Origin: Phycisphaerales bacterium
GTDB taxonomy: Bacteria > Planctomycetota > Phycisphaerae > Phycisphaerales > UBA1924
Length of the DNA: 64,000 bases
NCBI GenBank assembly: GCA_965227775.1
Contig: OZ245777.1
Span: 2,035,992-2,099,991 of the forward strand
Reading direction: 5' to 3'
This document shows, piece after piece, positions 9,164-18,547 of this stretch (position 1 is its first letter; each line of letters starts with the position of its first letter). The notes beneath the pieces were generated by a model. The model saw only the letters and a list, made by a program, of their open reading frames with translations, did not search any database and was not told the origin of the DNA. The translations under genes and the position numbers were made by a program.

Positions 9164-9547
9164 TCAGCGAGTGCCAAGCACCACGCGGCCGACGACCAGA
9201 TCCCGATTGATCACGATCGGGCCGGTACCGTTGCGGCTGATCGTGAGCGTGCGCACGCCGGGGTCGAACGACTCGACGCGTCCGAGCCAGACAACGCCCG
9301 AAGCCTGGTGGTAGGCGATGATCTGCCCGGGCTTGTATCGCGAGCCCAGCTTGTAGACGAGGACGCGGCTATCGCGTGGGATCTCGGGCTCGATGGCGCC
9401 GGTCGGCACGACGTACACCTGTGCGACGGAGCTGCGAACGCCGATGGTGAGCAGCAGCGCGATGGCGACGCCCCAGCCGGCCCGCTGGAAGCGGCGGGGC
9501 CAGCGGCTGGCGCGTGAGTGCGCCGTGTGTGCGACTTGCGATGGCAT
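9164..9547 (-). CDS. Signal peptidase I (S26)-like membrane protein lacking the Ser/Lys dyad
   Basis: ORF trimmed to the ATG at 9547 (AAGGA upstream). One TM helix. By eye, YVVPTGAIEPEIPRDSRVLVYKL...GQIIAY...VWLGRVESFDPG aligns to SPase I boxes (YVVDGDSMYPTL ... GDIVV ... YVKRIIGLPGD). Ser is replaced by Ala and the Lys position is not conserved. Confidence 0.55.
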   Translation of the reverse strand: MPSQVAHTAHSRASRWPRRFQRAGWGVAIALLLTIGVRSSVAQVYVVPTGAIEPEIPRDSRVLVYKLGSRYKPGQIIAYHQASGVVWLGRVESFDPGVRTLTISRNGTGPIVINRDLVVGRVVLGTR

Positions 9548-9665
9548 GGCGACATCCTTTCCGAGGACGCCCGTCCCCACGGGTGTGTATCGGAAGTACG
9601 GGTCGCTGGACTCCGAGGTTCAGCGCCCCTGGCTGTCACGAGCTTGCTCGCCCGGCGGAAGTGCG

Positions 9666-12600
9666 TCAGAGCTCGGGGGCGAAGCCGCGCCGCATGGTGT
9701 TCTCGCAACTCGCGCGGGGCTCGACGAACTGGAGCAGGTAGTCGACGCCGCCGGCCTTGCTGCCCACGCCCGACATGCCGAAGCCGCCGAAAGGCTGGCG
9801 GGCAACGAGGGCGCCGGTGATGCCCCGGTTGATGTAGAGGTTGCCCACGCGGAATTCGCGCTTGGCCTTCTCGATGTGCGTGGGCTTGCGGGTGAAGACG
9901 CCGCCGGTGAGCTTGTAGGGGTGGTCGTTGGCGATCTTCAGGGCCTCGTCGTAAGTCCTGGCGTGCATGATGGCGAGCACGGGGCCGAAGACTTCCTGGC
10001 GGGCGAGCGTCTTGTCGGGCGTGACGCCGCTGAAGATGTGGGGGGAGACGTAGGGCTTGCCGACGGACTGCTCGAGGCCTTCGGGGGCCTGCATTGCGAG
10101 TTCGAGGGTGAGGCCTTCGTTCTTTGCCGTGTCGATGTGCCGGCGCATGTTGCTGGCGGCTTCTTCGTCGATGACCGGGCCGACGTCTGTGCCGGGCCTG
10201 GTCGGGTCGCCGACGACCAGCGAGTTGGTGCTGGCGACGAGGCGGCGGATGAAGGTCTGCGTGTGCTCGCCCTGCGGCCCCTGCGGATCCACGATGATGC
10301 AACGGCTGCACGCGCTGCACTTCTGGCCCTGGAAGCCGAACGAACTCAGGCGAACGCCGAGCACGGCCTCGTCCAGGTCGGCGCTGCTGTCGACGATGAT
10401 GGCGTTCTTGCCGCCCATCTCGCAGACGACCTTCTTGACGTGCTGCTGCTCCTCGGGCGTGACGCCGGCGGCCTTGATGATGTCCAGGCCCACGGCCTTG
10501 CTGCCGGTGAAGCACAGCAGCGAGACGCGTGGGTCGCGGACGAGGGCGGCGCCGGTCGTTTCGCCGGGGGCGGGGCAGAAGTGGATGGCGTCGCCATGCG
10601 CGCTGCCGAACTCAGCCTCGAGGGCTTGCTTCAGGATGTCGAAGCAGACCATGGCGATGGCGGGCGTCTGCTCGGCGGGCTTCAGGATCACCGTGTTGCC
10701 CGTGACGAGCGCGGCGGTGGTCATGCCGCAGGCGATGGCCAGGGGGAAGTTCCACGGGCTGATCACCACGGCGACGCCGCGGGGTTGGTACCAGGTCTCG
10801 TCGAGCTCGCCGATGAAGCGGCCGAGGCGGTGGCGATCGAACAGCGCGACGGCCTGGCGGGCGTAGTACTCGCAGAAGTCGATGGCCTCGGCCACGTCGG
10901 CGTCGGCGTTGCGCCAGTCCTTGCCATTCTCCTTGATGATGATGCCGGAGAGTTCGTCGCGGCGCTCGCGCATGGCCTTGGCGGCGCGCACGAGCACGGC
11001 GGCGCGCTTGCGCGGGTCGGCGTCGCGCCAGGCGGGGAAGGCACGCTCGGCCTTGGCGACCATCTCGGATGCCTGCTCGGGCGTGCGGTCGTTGGCGACG
11101 GTGGGGACGCTGGAAGCCTGCACGGCCTTGGCGAAGCGCTCGCGGACGTCCTCGCGTGAGAAATCGCGCAGCGGCTCGGTGGTGAAGGCCTTGCCGTCGC
11201 CGACGCCCGAGTCGGCTTCGCTCAGGTGGTGGCGTTCGGCAGCCATCTTGTAAAGGTCGTCGATGGCGGTCGGGTCGCCCGGACGCGGCGCGGGTCGGGC
11301 GAGCAGCACCGCTTCATCGGCCTCGTCGAGGAAGCCGGCCTTGAGCCAGCTCTCGTTGCTCGTGTTCTCCAGCAGGCGGCGGACGAGGTAGGCCATGCCG
11401 GGGATCATCTCGCCGACGGGCACGTACTCGCGGATGCGCAGGCCCATGTCGCTCGAGGCGTGCTTGAGCTGGTCGGCCATGCCGTGGAGCATCTGGAGCT
11501 CGATGGCGGTGCGCGGCAGGCCCTTGGAATCGCTATAGGCCAGCGCGGCGGCGATGGACCGGACGTTGTGCGAGCCGAGCGCGAGCTTGACGCCGCCCGA
11601 GCCGCTGTCCAGGTGCGTGGGGCCCATGCCGCTGGCCTCGGGGGCGACGGGGCAGTGGTCGAGGAACACACGGCACATGTCCTCGAAGCACTTGTCGGTC
11701 TGCCACTTGGCATTCCAGACCGGGCAGGGCCAGCCCTCCTGCTCGGCGTGGATCGTCTCGCTGTCCCAGTAGGCACCCTTGACCAGCCGCACCGTGACGA
11801 TGCGGCCGGTGCGCTGGGCCCACTCGCTGACGCGCTGCGCATCGGCGATGCCGCTCTTGAGGTACGCCTGCATGGCCAGGCCGGCGTGGAAATCGACCGC
11901 CTCGCAGCACCTGAAGAACAGCTCGAGCGTGAGGTCCTTCAGCGCGAAGTGCTCCATGTCGAAGTTGACGAACACGCCCTTGTCGCGGGCGCGTTCCAGA
12001 ATGGGCACGATCCTCGTCATCAGGTCGTTGATGGCGCCGGCGGTGTCGATGGGGTCGCACTTGGCGCTCAGGCTGCTGATCTTGATCGAGACGTTGGTGC
12101 GCGGGATGCCGCCCAGGTGGTCGCGCTCCAGCCGATCGTTCTTCTTCCAGCCGCTTACGTCTTCGGGCAGATTTTCGACGAGGTCCAGGTACTTGGCCTT
12201 GTACGCGTCGGCCTCCTCGTCGCTCACGCAAGCCTCGCCCAGCAGGTCGACGCTGAAGGCGATGCCGTCGTTCCAGAGCTTCTTGAGCCCCGGCAGCGCG
12301 CTCAGCGCATCGGTGCCAGCGATGAACTTCTTGCCCATGCCCTCGATCTGGCCGGAGATCGTCTTGGTCATCAGGCCCTTGGCGAGGCTGCCGGCCTTGA
12401 GGCCCAGGTCCATGCCGGGGGGCATGGTGACGTGGTCCTGGTCGAGGTAGTCGACCAGGTGCTCGTGCACCATGTCGCTGGTCGTCAGCACGGGGAAGGT
12501 ATCGACGAAGCGGAACATCTCGACCTTGAAGCCATGATCGCGCATGGACCAGTCCATGAGCTTGTCGCTGTAGAAGCTCTTACTGAGCAGCCCGGCCTTG

Positions 12601-12764
12601 TGCTTGCGCGCACGGCCGAGCATGTCCGAGCCGATGCCGGTGATGGCCGGGTCGATCGGATCGCCGGCGGCCCCATTGTCGGGCGTCGGGTAGCCGTTCG
12701 CGGCGGGCGGTCGGGCGGCGTGGGGCGTGATAGGTCGTGCTTGCTTGCGGCTGAAGATGGCCAT
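9666..12764 (-). CDS. putA: Bifunctional proline dehydrogenase / L-glutamate gamma-semialdehyde dehydrogenase
   Basis: About 1030-aa ORF. The N-terminal half is proline dehydrogenase-like (MDWSMRDHGFKVEMFRFVDTFP). The C-terminal half is an aldehyde dehydrogenase (EMGGKNAIIVD, FGFQGQKCSACSR). Start is either 12764 (MAIFSRK) or 12818. Confidence 0.9.
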   Translation of the reverse strand: MAIFSRKQARPITPHAARPPAANGYPTPDNGAAGDPIDPAITGIGSDMLGRARKHKAGLLSKSFYSDKLMDWSMRDHGFKVEMFRFVDTFPVLTTSDMVHEHLVDYLDQDHVTMPPGMDLGLKAGSLAKGLMTKTISGQIEGMGKKFIAGTDALSALPGLKKLWNDGIAFSVDLLGEACVSDEEADAYKAKYLDLVENLPEDVSGWKKNDRLERDHLGGIPRTNVSIKISSLSAKCDPIDTAGAINDLMTRIVPILERARDKGVFVNFDMEHFALKDLTLELFFRCCEAVDFHAGLAMQAYLKSGIADAQRVSEWAQRTGRIVTVRLVKGAYWDSETIHAEQEGWPCPVWNAKWQTDKCFEDMCRVFLDHCPVAPEASGMGPTHLDSGSGGVKLALGSHNVRSIAAALAYSDSKGLPRTAIELQMLHGMADQLKHASSDMGLRIREYVPVGEMIPGMAYLVRRLLENTSNESWLKAGFLDEADEAVLLARPAPRPGDPTAIDDLYKMAAERHHLSEADSGVGDGKAFTTEPLRDFSREDVRERFAKAVQASSVPTVANDRTPEQASEMVAKAERAFPAWRDADPRKRAAVLVRAAKAMRERRDELSGIIIKENGKDWRNADADVAEAIDFCEYYARQAVALFDRHRLGRFIGELDETWYQPRGVAVVISPWNFPLAIACGMTTAALVTGNTVILKPAEQTPAIAMVCFDILKQALEAEFGSAHGDAIHFCPAPGETTGAALVRDPRVSLLCFTGSKAVGLDIIKAAGVTPEEQQHVKKVVCEMGGKNAIIVDSSADLDEAVLGVRLSSFGFQGQKCSACSRCIIVDPQGPQGEHTQTFIRRLVASTNSLVVGDPTRPGTDVGPVIDEEAASNMRRHIDTAKNEGLTLELAMQAPEGLEQSVGKPYVSPHIFSGVTPDKTLARQEVFGPVLAIMHARTYDEALKIANDHPYKLTGGVFTRKPTHIEKAKREFRVGNLYINRGITGALVARQPFGGFGMSGVGSKAGGVDYLLQFVEPRASCENTMRRGFAPEL

Positions 12765-12914
12765 GGAGGGTCGGTTCCTCGCGGAGAACGGCGTGCGGGA
12801 TGGCCACGGCGCGAGCATCGCGGAGGCCTCTCAGATTGTACGGGCTCGCCCATCGGGTCACGTGGCTCGGCGACGCATGCGGTGGGAGCGCCCGCCAAGC
12901 CATAGCATCGACCC

Positions 12915-13922
12915 GTGCCATCTTCTCGCGAACAAGACCAGCCTGCCGGTGGCAGCCCAGCCGTGCTGACCATTGGGGTTTTCGATGGCGTGCACTCGGG
13001 TCACCGGGCACTCATAGAGCGGGCGCGGGGGCTGGCTGAAGGCTACTTGGGGGGCGCGAGCGTGCTGGCCATGGCGTTCGATCCCCCGCCGAAGGCGATG
13101 CTCGCGCCTGGGAGCGAGCCGCCGCGGTTGACCACGTTCGAGCAGCGAGCCGATCTGCTACTGGAAGCTGGGGCCGACGAAGTGATGCGGCTGGAGCCCA
13201 CCGTGGAGTTGTTGGGCTTGACGCCCGAGCGCTTCGTGGACGAGGTGCTGCTGCCGCTACGTCCCTTGGCTGTGGTTGAGGGGCCGGATTTCCGCTTTGG
13301 CGCGAAGCGGGCGGGTGATGTGGCGACGCTGGGTGAACTCGGTCAGTCGCGGGGGTTCGCCGTCCACGTCGTAGAGCCCGTTGAAGTCTCACTGAACGAC
13401 CAGGCAGTTGTCGCGGCCAGCAGCAGCCGCGTGCGGTGGTTTCTGGAGCAGGGCCGTGTCGCCGATGCGGGGCGGGTGCTAGGGCGTGCGTACGAGCTGG
13501 CGGGAGAAGTAGTGCGCGGCGACCAGCGCGGGCGGACGATCGGCTTCCCGACGGCGAACGTATGCAGCGAGCAAATGGCGCCCGGCGAGGGCGTGTACGC
13601 GTGCGTAGCGACGCTGGATGATGGGCGTTCCATTCCTTGCGCCGTCAACGTCGGCGAGCGCCCGACCTTCGAAGGCACGGAGCTCCGCGTCGAAGCCCAC
13701 CTGATCGGCTACAAACGAAGCAACGATGAGCCCGAGTATGGCTGGCCTCTGCGGATCGCGTTCGTGTCGCGACTGCGCGATCAGGTCCGCTTCGACGGGG
13801 TCGATACACTGACGGCGCAGTTGTCACGCGACGTGCTGCGCGCCAATGCACTCTTGTCAACGACCGTGCCTTCGTGGGCCTCGGCCACGGCCGATCCAGT
13901 TAGTCAGGAAGAGAGCTTATGA
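12915..13922 (+). CDS. ribF: Bifunctional riboflavin kinase / FAD synthetase
   Basis: GTG start. Motifs IGVFDGVHSGH, GPDFRFG and RGDQRGRTIGFPTANV. Confidence 0.9.
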   Translation: MPSSREQDQPAGGSPAVLTIGVFDGVHSGHRALIERARGLAEGYLGGASVLAMAFDPPPKAMLAPGSEPPRLTTFEQRADLLLEAGADEVMRLEPTVELLGLTPERFVDEVLLPLRPLAVVEGPDFRFGAKRAGDVATLGELGQSRGFAVHVVEPVEVSLNDQAVVAASSSRVRWFLEQGRVADAGRVLGRAYELAGEVVRGDQRGRTIGFPTANVCSEQMAPGEGVYACVATLDDGRSIPCAVNVGERPTFEGTELRVEAHLIGYKRSNDEPEYGWPLRIAFVSRLRDQVRFDGVDTLTAQLSRDVLRANALLSTTVPSWASATADPVSQEESL

Positions 13923-14965
13923 GCAGTGCTACGGAGAGCCCCGCCTACGAGTCGACGGTGACGCCCAGCGATCTGGCCGAGTGGGTCCGCGGGGCGGGCC
14001 GGCTGCTCGTGATCTGCCACACGCGGCCCGACGGCGATGCGGTCGGCAGCACGCTGGCGATCGCGCGGGCGGCGAAGACAGCCGGCGTCGACGTGCAACT
14101 TGCCTATGCCGGTGAACTTCCGCCGTGGATGGACGAGATTCTGCAGGACGCGAGCTGGGTGCACCTCGATGCGGGGGACCCGCCGGCGCCATTCGACAAG
14201 TGCCTGGTGTGCGATACCGGTGCGTGGAGCCAGCTCGAGCCGTACAAGCCGTGGATCGCGGGCAAGGCGGACCATGTGGCGGTACTCGACCACCATCGCA
14301 GCGGCTCGCCGGACGTGGCCGAGGCGCGGCTGATCGATAGCGATGCCGCGGCGGCGTGCGAGATGGGCGCCGAGATCTGCACGCTGCTGCTGGGCATCGA
14401 GAACGCCTCCAAACTGCCGCTGGATATCGCCGAGCCGCTGATGCTCGGGCTTGGCACGGATACGGGCTGGTTCCGCCATCCGAGCGTGACGCCGCACGTG
14501 CTCCGGCTTGCGGCGGACCTGGTGCAGGCGGGGGCCGAGCACCCCAAGCTCGTGAAGATGACGATGCTCAGCGACCCAATCCAGCGCCTGAAGCTGATGT
14601 CCAAGGCGCTCGGCTCGTTGAGCCTGCACGAAGACCTGGGTGTTGCTGTTGTGAAGGTCTCCGCAGAAGACATCACGAGCATCGGCGCGAGCGTGGGCAT
14701 GACCAGTGGTTTTGCCGACCCGGCGCTGGCCGTCAAGAGCGTGCACGTGGCGATCGTGCTGGTGGAACTGCCGCCCGAGGGCGACGGCACGAAGAAGGTC
14801 AAGATCAGCATGCGCAGCAAGGTGGACGGGCCCGATGTTGCCCAATTGGCCGGCGCGTTCGGCGGCGGCGGGCACATCCGAGCTGCGGGCGCTCGGAGCG
14901 AGCTGTCGCTCGACGAGACTGAGGCGAAGCTGCTCGAGTTGATCGCTCAGAGTCAGCAGGCATGA
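13919..14965 (+). CDS. nrnA: DHH-family phosphoesterase (oligoribonuclease/pAp phosphatase NrnA-like)
   Basis: Motifs ICHTRPDGDAVGS, VLDHH and GGGGHIRAAGA (DHHA1). ATGA overlap with ribF. Confidence 0.85.
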   Translation: MSSATESPAYESTVTPSDLAEWVRGAGRLLVICHTRPDGDAVGSTLAIARAAKTAGVDVQLAYAGELPPWMDEILQDASWVHLDAGDPPAPFDKCLVCDTGAWSQLEPYKPWIAGKADHVAVLDHHRSGSPDVAEARLIDSDAAAACEMGAEICTLLLGIENASKLPLDIAEPLMLGLGTDTGWFRHPSVTPHVLRLAADLVQAGAEHPKLVKMTMLSDPIQRLKLMSKALGSLSLHEDLGVAVVKVSAEDITSIGASVGMTSGFADPALAVKSVHVAIVLVELPPEGDGTKKVKISMRSKVDGPDVAQLAGAFGGGGHIRAAGARSELSLDETEAKLLELIAQSQQA

Positions 14966-15759
14966 GCGAGCGCGGCCCGCAGAAAGCCAAGCCCGGGCCG
15001 CCCCGCTGGCAAGACGTCGCGGGCGACCCAAAAGTCCGTCCGGGCAAGCGCCCGCCGATGCGGCCCATGACGACCACGCTCTGGGCCTATCCAAGTCAGC
15101 ACTACGACGGCGCCAAGACCGTCCAGGGCGACAAGACGTACACGGGCGGCACGCCGAGCTGGGTGATCTGGCAGCTGCTGGATCGATACACGCGTGAGGG
15201 CGACGTCGTGCTCGATCCGATGTGCGGCGGCGGGACGATGCTGGACGTCTGTGCCGACATGGGGCGCAATGGCATTGGCTACGACCTCGTGCCGAGCCGG
15301 CCCGACATCAAGCAGGCCGACGCGCGCGAGCTGCCGTTGAAGAACGGGTCGGCCGACTTCGTGTTCCTTGACCCGCCCTACTCGACGCACATCGACTACA
15401 GCAATCACCCGGACTGCATCGGCAAGCTCGACTCGAGCGAGGCGGCGTACTACGAGGCGATGGCGGGGGTGTTTGACGACGTGTACCGCGTCTTGCGAGA
15501 CCGTCGCTACATGGCGGTCTACATCAGCGATAGCTGGCGCAAGCAGAAGGGCGTGGCCGGAGGGAACTTCATGCCCATCGGCTTCGAACTGTTCGCGATG
15601 CTGCGGGAGAATTTCCGCCCTATCGATATCGTGTGCGTCGTGCGGCGAAACTCCAAGCTACGGCAGGGCAACCGCCACATGGCCGCGGCAAAAGACAACT
15701 TCTTCATCCGTGGGTTCAACTACCTCTTAATCTTCAAGAAGGAAGCCGAGCGGCGCTGA
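14962..15759 (+). CDS. SAM-dependent DPPY-motif methyltransferase (DNA N6/N4 or RNA target unresolved)
   Basis: SAM-binding motif VVLDPMCGGGT precedes the catalytic motif FVFLDPPYS. ATGA overlap with nrnA. No adjacent endonuclease gene. Confidence 0.7.
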   Translation: MSERGPQKAKPGPPRWQDVAGDPKVRPGKRPPMRPMTTTLWAYPSQHYDGAKTVQGDKTYTGGTPSWVIWQLLDRYTREGDVVLDPMCGGGTMLDVCADMGRNGIGYDLVPSRPDIKQADARELPLKNGSADFVFLDPPYSTHIDYSNHPDCIGKLDSSEAAYYEAMAGVFDDVYRVLRDRRYMAVYISDSWRKQKGVAGGNFMPIGFELFAMLRENFRPIDIVCVVRRNSKLRQGNRHMAAAKDNFFIRGFNYLLIFKKEAERR

Positions 15760-15807
15760 CGGGCGAGGCGGACGCCCGACTTGTGCCACTCCCGGCTAGC
15801 ATCGCTC

Positions 15808-17307
15808 ATGAAGCGAGCCGCCCTCGTACTGCTGTCGTGCCTGCTCCCCATGTCGGCCTGCGCCCAGACGGGTGAGAGGGCCGAACCCCAGCCGACCGTG
15901 CCGCCCGGAGTGTCGCCGCTTGACCGGTATACCGCCGAGCGAGACGACTCGTTTGCGTGGAAGGTCGTCAGGTCCTACGCGGGCCGCCAAGGCCGGGAGA
16001 ACCTCACGGGGTTTGCGATCGACCTGACCAGCCAGACCTGGCGCGGCGAGGGCGAGGTCGACTTCCCGCAATGGACACACATGATGCAGGTGGTCGTGCC
16101 GGACGAGGTGAAGCACGACACCGCGCTCATGCTGGTGGGTGGTGGGCAGCGGCAGGACGGACCTCCGAACCGTTTGCAGGAAGAACTCTGGGTCATCGCG
16201 AACGCGACGGGGACGATCGTCGCCGCCGTACCGAACGTGCCCAATCAGCCGCTGTCGCTACCCGAGCCCAATGGAACGCTCGGTGCTGCTCGCTTCGAGG
16301 ACGATCTCCTTGCCGAGAGTTGGATGGTCGCTAAGCGCACCGGCGACGAGGGGTGGATCATCCATCAGGCGATGGTCGAGTCGGTTGTCGCGGCGATGGA
16401 CGCGGTGCAGGCCTTTGCCAAGACCGAAGAAGCTGGCGGGCACGAGGTCGGCGGCTTTGTCGTCTCGGGTGGAAGCAAGCGCGGCTGGACAACATGGCTG
16501 ACGGCGGCGGTCGACGATCGCGTGCGCGGCATCATCCCTATGGTCATCGATACGCTGAATCTGCCGGCAACCATGCGCCATCACTATGGCGCGTACGGCT
16601 TCTTTGCGCCGGCCATCGGCGACTACGCCGGGCGGAACCTGATGCAGCAACTCGACACGCCCTTTGGCGAAGAGCTGCGACGCATCGTCGATCCGTACCT
16701 GTTCCGCGACCGGCTGGACATGCCCAAGTTCGTGCTGAACACCAGCGGCGACGAGTACTTCCTGCCCGACACGCCGCGGTACTGGATCGACGACCTGCCG
16801 GGCACGACGAAGCTTCGCATCGTGCAGAACTGGGATCACGCGATCGACCAGAGTGCCGACGCGATCTTCTCTGCCATCGGTTTCTACGAGGCTATCTTGA
16901 ATGAAGTGGAGCTGCCCGCTCTGCGCATCGAGGTAATCGAGGAGACCGACGAAGCGATCGAGTGGGTATTGCGCGTAGAGATCCCCGACGAGCGGGTCAC
17001 ACTCCGCCGGCTCACGATGTGGCAGGCGACCAACCCAAATGCGCGCGACTTCCGCCAAGAAGTCGTCGGCAAGCCGTTCAAGATGCGCGTGCTCCAGCCG
17101 CAGGAAGAGGGCGAGCACGAGGGGGCGTACCACCTGCGAATCGAGAAGCCCGAAGCCGGCTACACGGCTTTCATCGTCGAGGATCGCTACGACGTCGCAG
17201 GCCAGGGCCTACCGCTGGTGTTCACGACGCAGATGCAAGTGATCCCCGATGTGCTGGAGCACACCTTCGAGTTGCCCAGTGGCGAGACCGAGGTGGAGTC
17301 GCCGTGA
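15808..17307 (+). CDS. PhoPQ-activated pathogenicity-related (PqaA-type) family lipoprotein
   Basis: ATG at 15808 gives MKRAALVLLSCLLPMSAC (lipobox). I recognise the segments LTSQTWRGEGEVDFPQWTHMMQVVVP and VSGGSKRGWTTWLTAAVDDRV as this alpha/beta-hydrolase-like family. Confidence 0.7.
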   Translation: MKRAALVLLSCLLPMSACAQTGERAEPQPTVPPGVSPLDRYTAERDDSFAWKVVRSYAGRQGRENLTGFAIDLTSQTWRGEGEVDFPQWTHMMQVVVPDEVKHDTALMLVGGGQRQDGPPNRLQEELWVIANATGTIVAAVPNVPNQPLSLPEPNGTLGAARFEDDLLAESWMVAKRTGDEGWIIHQAMVESVVAAMDAVQAFAKTEEAGGHEVGGFVVSGGSKRGWTTWLTAAVDDRVRGIIPMVIDTLNLPATMRHHYGAYGFFAPAIGDYAGRNLMQQLDTPFGEELRRIVDPYLFRDRLDMPKFVLNTSGDEYFLPDTPRYWIDDLPGTTKLRIVQNWDHAIDQSADAIFSAIGFYEAILNEVELPALRIEVIEETDEAIEWVLRVEIPDERVTLRRLTMWQATNPNARDFRQEVVGKPFKMRVLQPQEEGEHEGAYHLRIEKPEAGYTAFIVEDRYDVAGQGLPLVFTTQMQVIPDVLEHTFELPSGETEVESP

Positions 17308-17990
17308 GCGATCGGCAGGGCCGGGTGCCTCGCTCCCTGTCACAGGAGCTCACGGCACGGCTGGAGCGCGAGCTCGATGAAGGCGAGCGACTGATCTGGG
17401 TGAGCCAGCCCGATGCGCGGCGGCTGGTCCGCCAGCAGTGGCCGCTGGCGATCGCCTTCTCGAGCGTGTTCTTGGGTTTCGCGGTCTTCACCGGCTGGGC
17501 AACGATCGATTCCCTGCTGACGATTCGCGAAGCAACTGACGCCGCTGAGCGATCAACACGCGAGGTGCGTGAGGCAAAGGGCGTGCTCTGGACCTCGCTT
17601 ATTGCCACAATGGTCTTCTCACTGCCAATGGCGTGGTCCGTGTTGTTCGAGCCATCACGCATCGGGCGTGTCGCGCGTAACACGGTGTATGCGATCACGC
17701 CTGCGAGAGCGATCGTCCTCCATATCGGCAGGCGGAAGATCACCGAGCGCGACTATCGGGCGGACGAGCTCGTCCACCTCTTGCGTCGTGAACGGCGGGA
17801 CGGCTCGGGCGACCTGCTGTTTGAGGCGGCCCGAGGAGGTGTTCCTCGATCGAAGTCGGCGGGTGGTGCGCACGGGTTCTTTGCGATCTCGGATGTGCTC
17901 GACGTCGAGAAGCTGCTCCGACGCCAGTTCGGTCAGAGTGGTATGAGCCCGTCGTCGACGGGCGAGTCCCCGCAAGAAAAGGAAAAGTGA
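17304..17990 (+). CDS. Membrane protein, bacterial PH-domain-like (YdbS/YdbT-like)
   Basis: GTG at 17304 overlaps the upstream stop (GTGA). Two TM helices flanked by [10 protein letters not shown] and a C-terminal soluble region. In frame within listed ORF 16962..17990. Confidence 0.55.
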   Translation: MSDRQGRVPRSLSQELTARLERELDEGERLIWVSQPDARRLVRQQWPLAIAFSSVFLGFAVFTGWATIDSLLTIREATDAAERSTREVREAKGVLWTSLIATMVFSLPMAWSVLFEPSRIGRVARNTVYAITPARAIVLHIGRRKITERDYRADELVHLLRRERRDGSGDLLFEAARGGVPRSKSAGGAHGFFAISDVLDVEKLLRRQFGQSGMSPSSTGESPQEKEK

Positions 17991-18376
17991 TGCAACTCGG
18001 TGCGTTCTCGGTCAGCCTTGCCGTCAAGGACCTCGCGGCGTCCAAGGCGTTCTATGCGAAGCTTGGATTCACACCCATCGGCGGCGACGAGGCCCACAAC
18101 TACTTGATCCTGCGCAACGGTGAGGCGACCATCGGCCTCTTCCAGGGCATGTTCGACACGAACATCCTGACCTTCAACCCCGGTTGGGCGAGCAGTGGCG
18201 AGCATCCGGAGTCGTTTACCGATGTGCGTGCGTTGCAGGAGCAGCTTAAGGCCGACGGCATCGAACTTATTGAGCAGGCTGACGAGTCAGGCGATGGTGT
18301 GGCGCATCTGACGATGGTCGACCCCGATGGCAATCCGATCCTCATCGACCAGCACGTGCCGAAGCCCAAGGGCTGA
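17990..18376 (+). CDS. VOC/glyoxalase-family protein
   Basis: [27 protein letters not shown]... is typical of the glyoxalase/bleomycin-resistance fold. AGGA lies 6 nt upstream of the ATG at 17990 (the alternative GTG at 17987 has only 3 nt spacing). Overlaps the upstream stop. Confidence 0.8.
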   Translation: MQLGAFSVSLAVKDLAASKAFYAKLGFTPIGGDEAHNYLILRNGEATIGLFQGMFDTNILTFNPGWASSGEHPESFTDVRALQEQLKADGIELIEQADESGDGVAHLTMVDPDGNPILIDQHVPKPKG

Positions 18377-18379
18377 GGG

Positions 18380-18547
18380 TCACTCACACCCGGCGTCGAA
18401 CGCGTTCTGGAAGGCCAGGAAATCGAAGATGGTGAGCTCGCCGTCGCCGTCGAAGTCGGCTGCGGGGTCGCCGTCCTGGAACAGGTTCTGGAAGGCGAGG
18501 AAGTCGAAGATGGTGAGCTGACCGTCGCCATCGATGTCTGGAGCGCA
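18380..18547 (-). repeat. Dockerin-like C-terminal module, copy A (double)
   Basis: CAPDIDGDGQLTIFDFLAFQNLFQDGDPAADFDGDGELTIFDFLAFQNAFDAGCE followed by the stop. Confidence 0.9.

Noticed and set aside
9211-12905. ORFs of 434 aa (-, other frame) and 588 and 559 aa (+) overlapping putA
   Set aside because: putA has unambiguous proline dehydrogenase and ALDH motifs over its full length. The overlapping ORFs show the Arg/Pro/Gly bias of out-of-frame high-GC sequence.
14962-15759. Restriction-modification or other defence system around the methyltransferase
   Set aside because: No endonuclease, specificity, helicase or ATPase gene is adjacent. The neighbours are ribF, nrnA and a PqaA-like lipoprotein, and the gene is translationally coupled to housekeeping genes.
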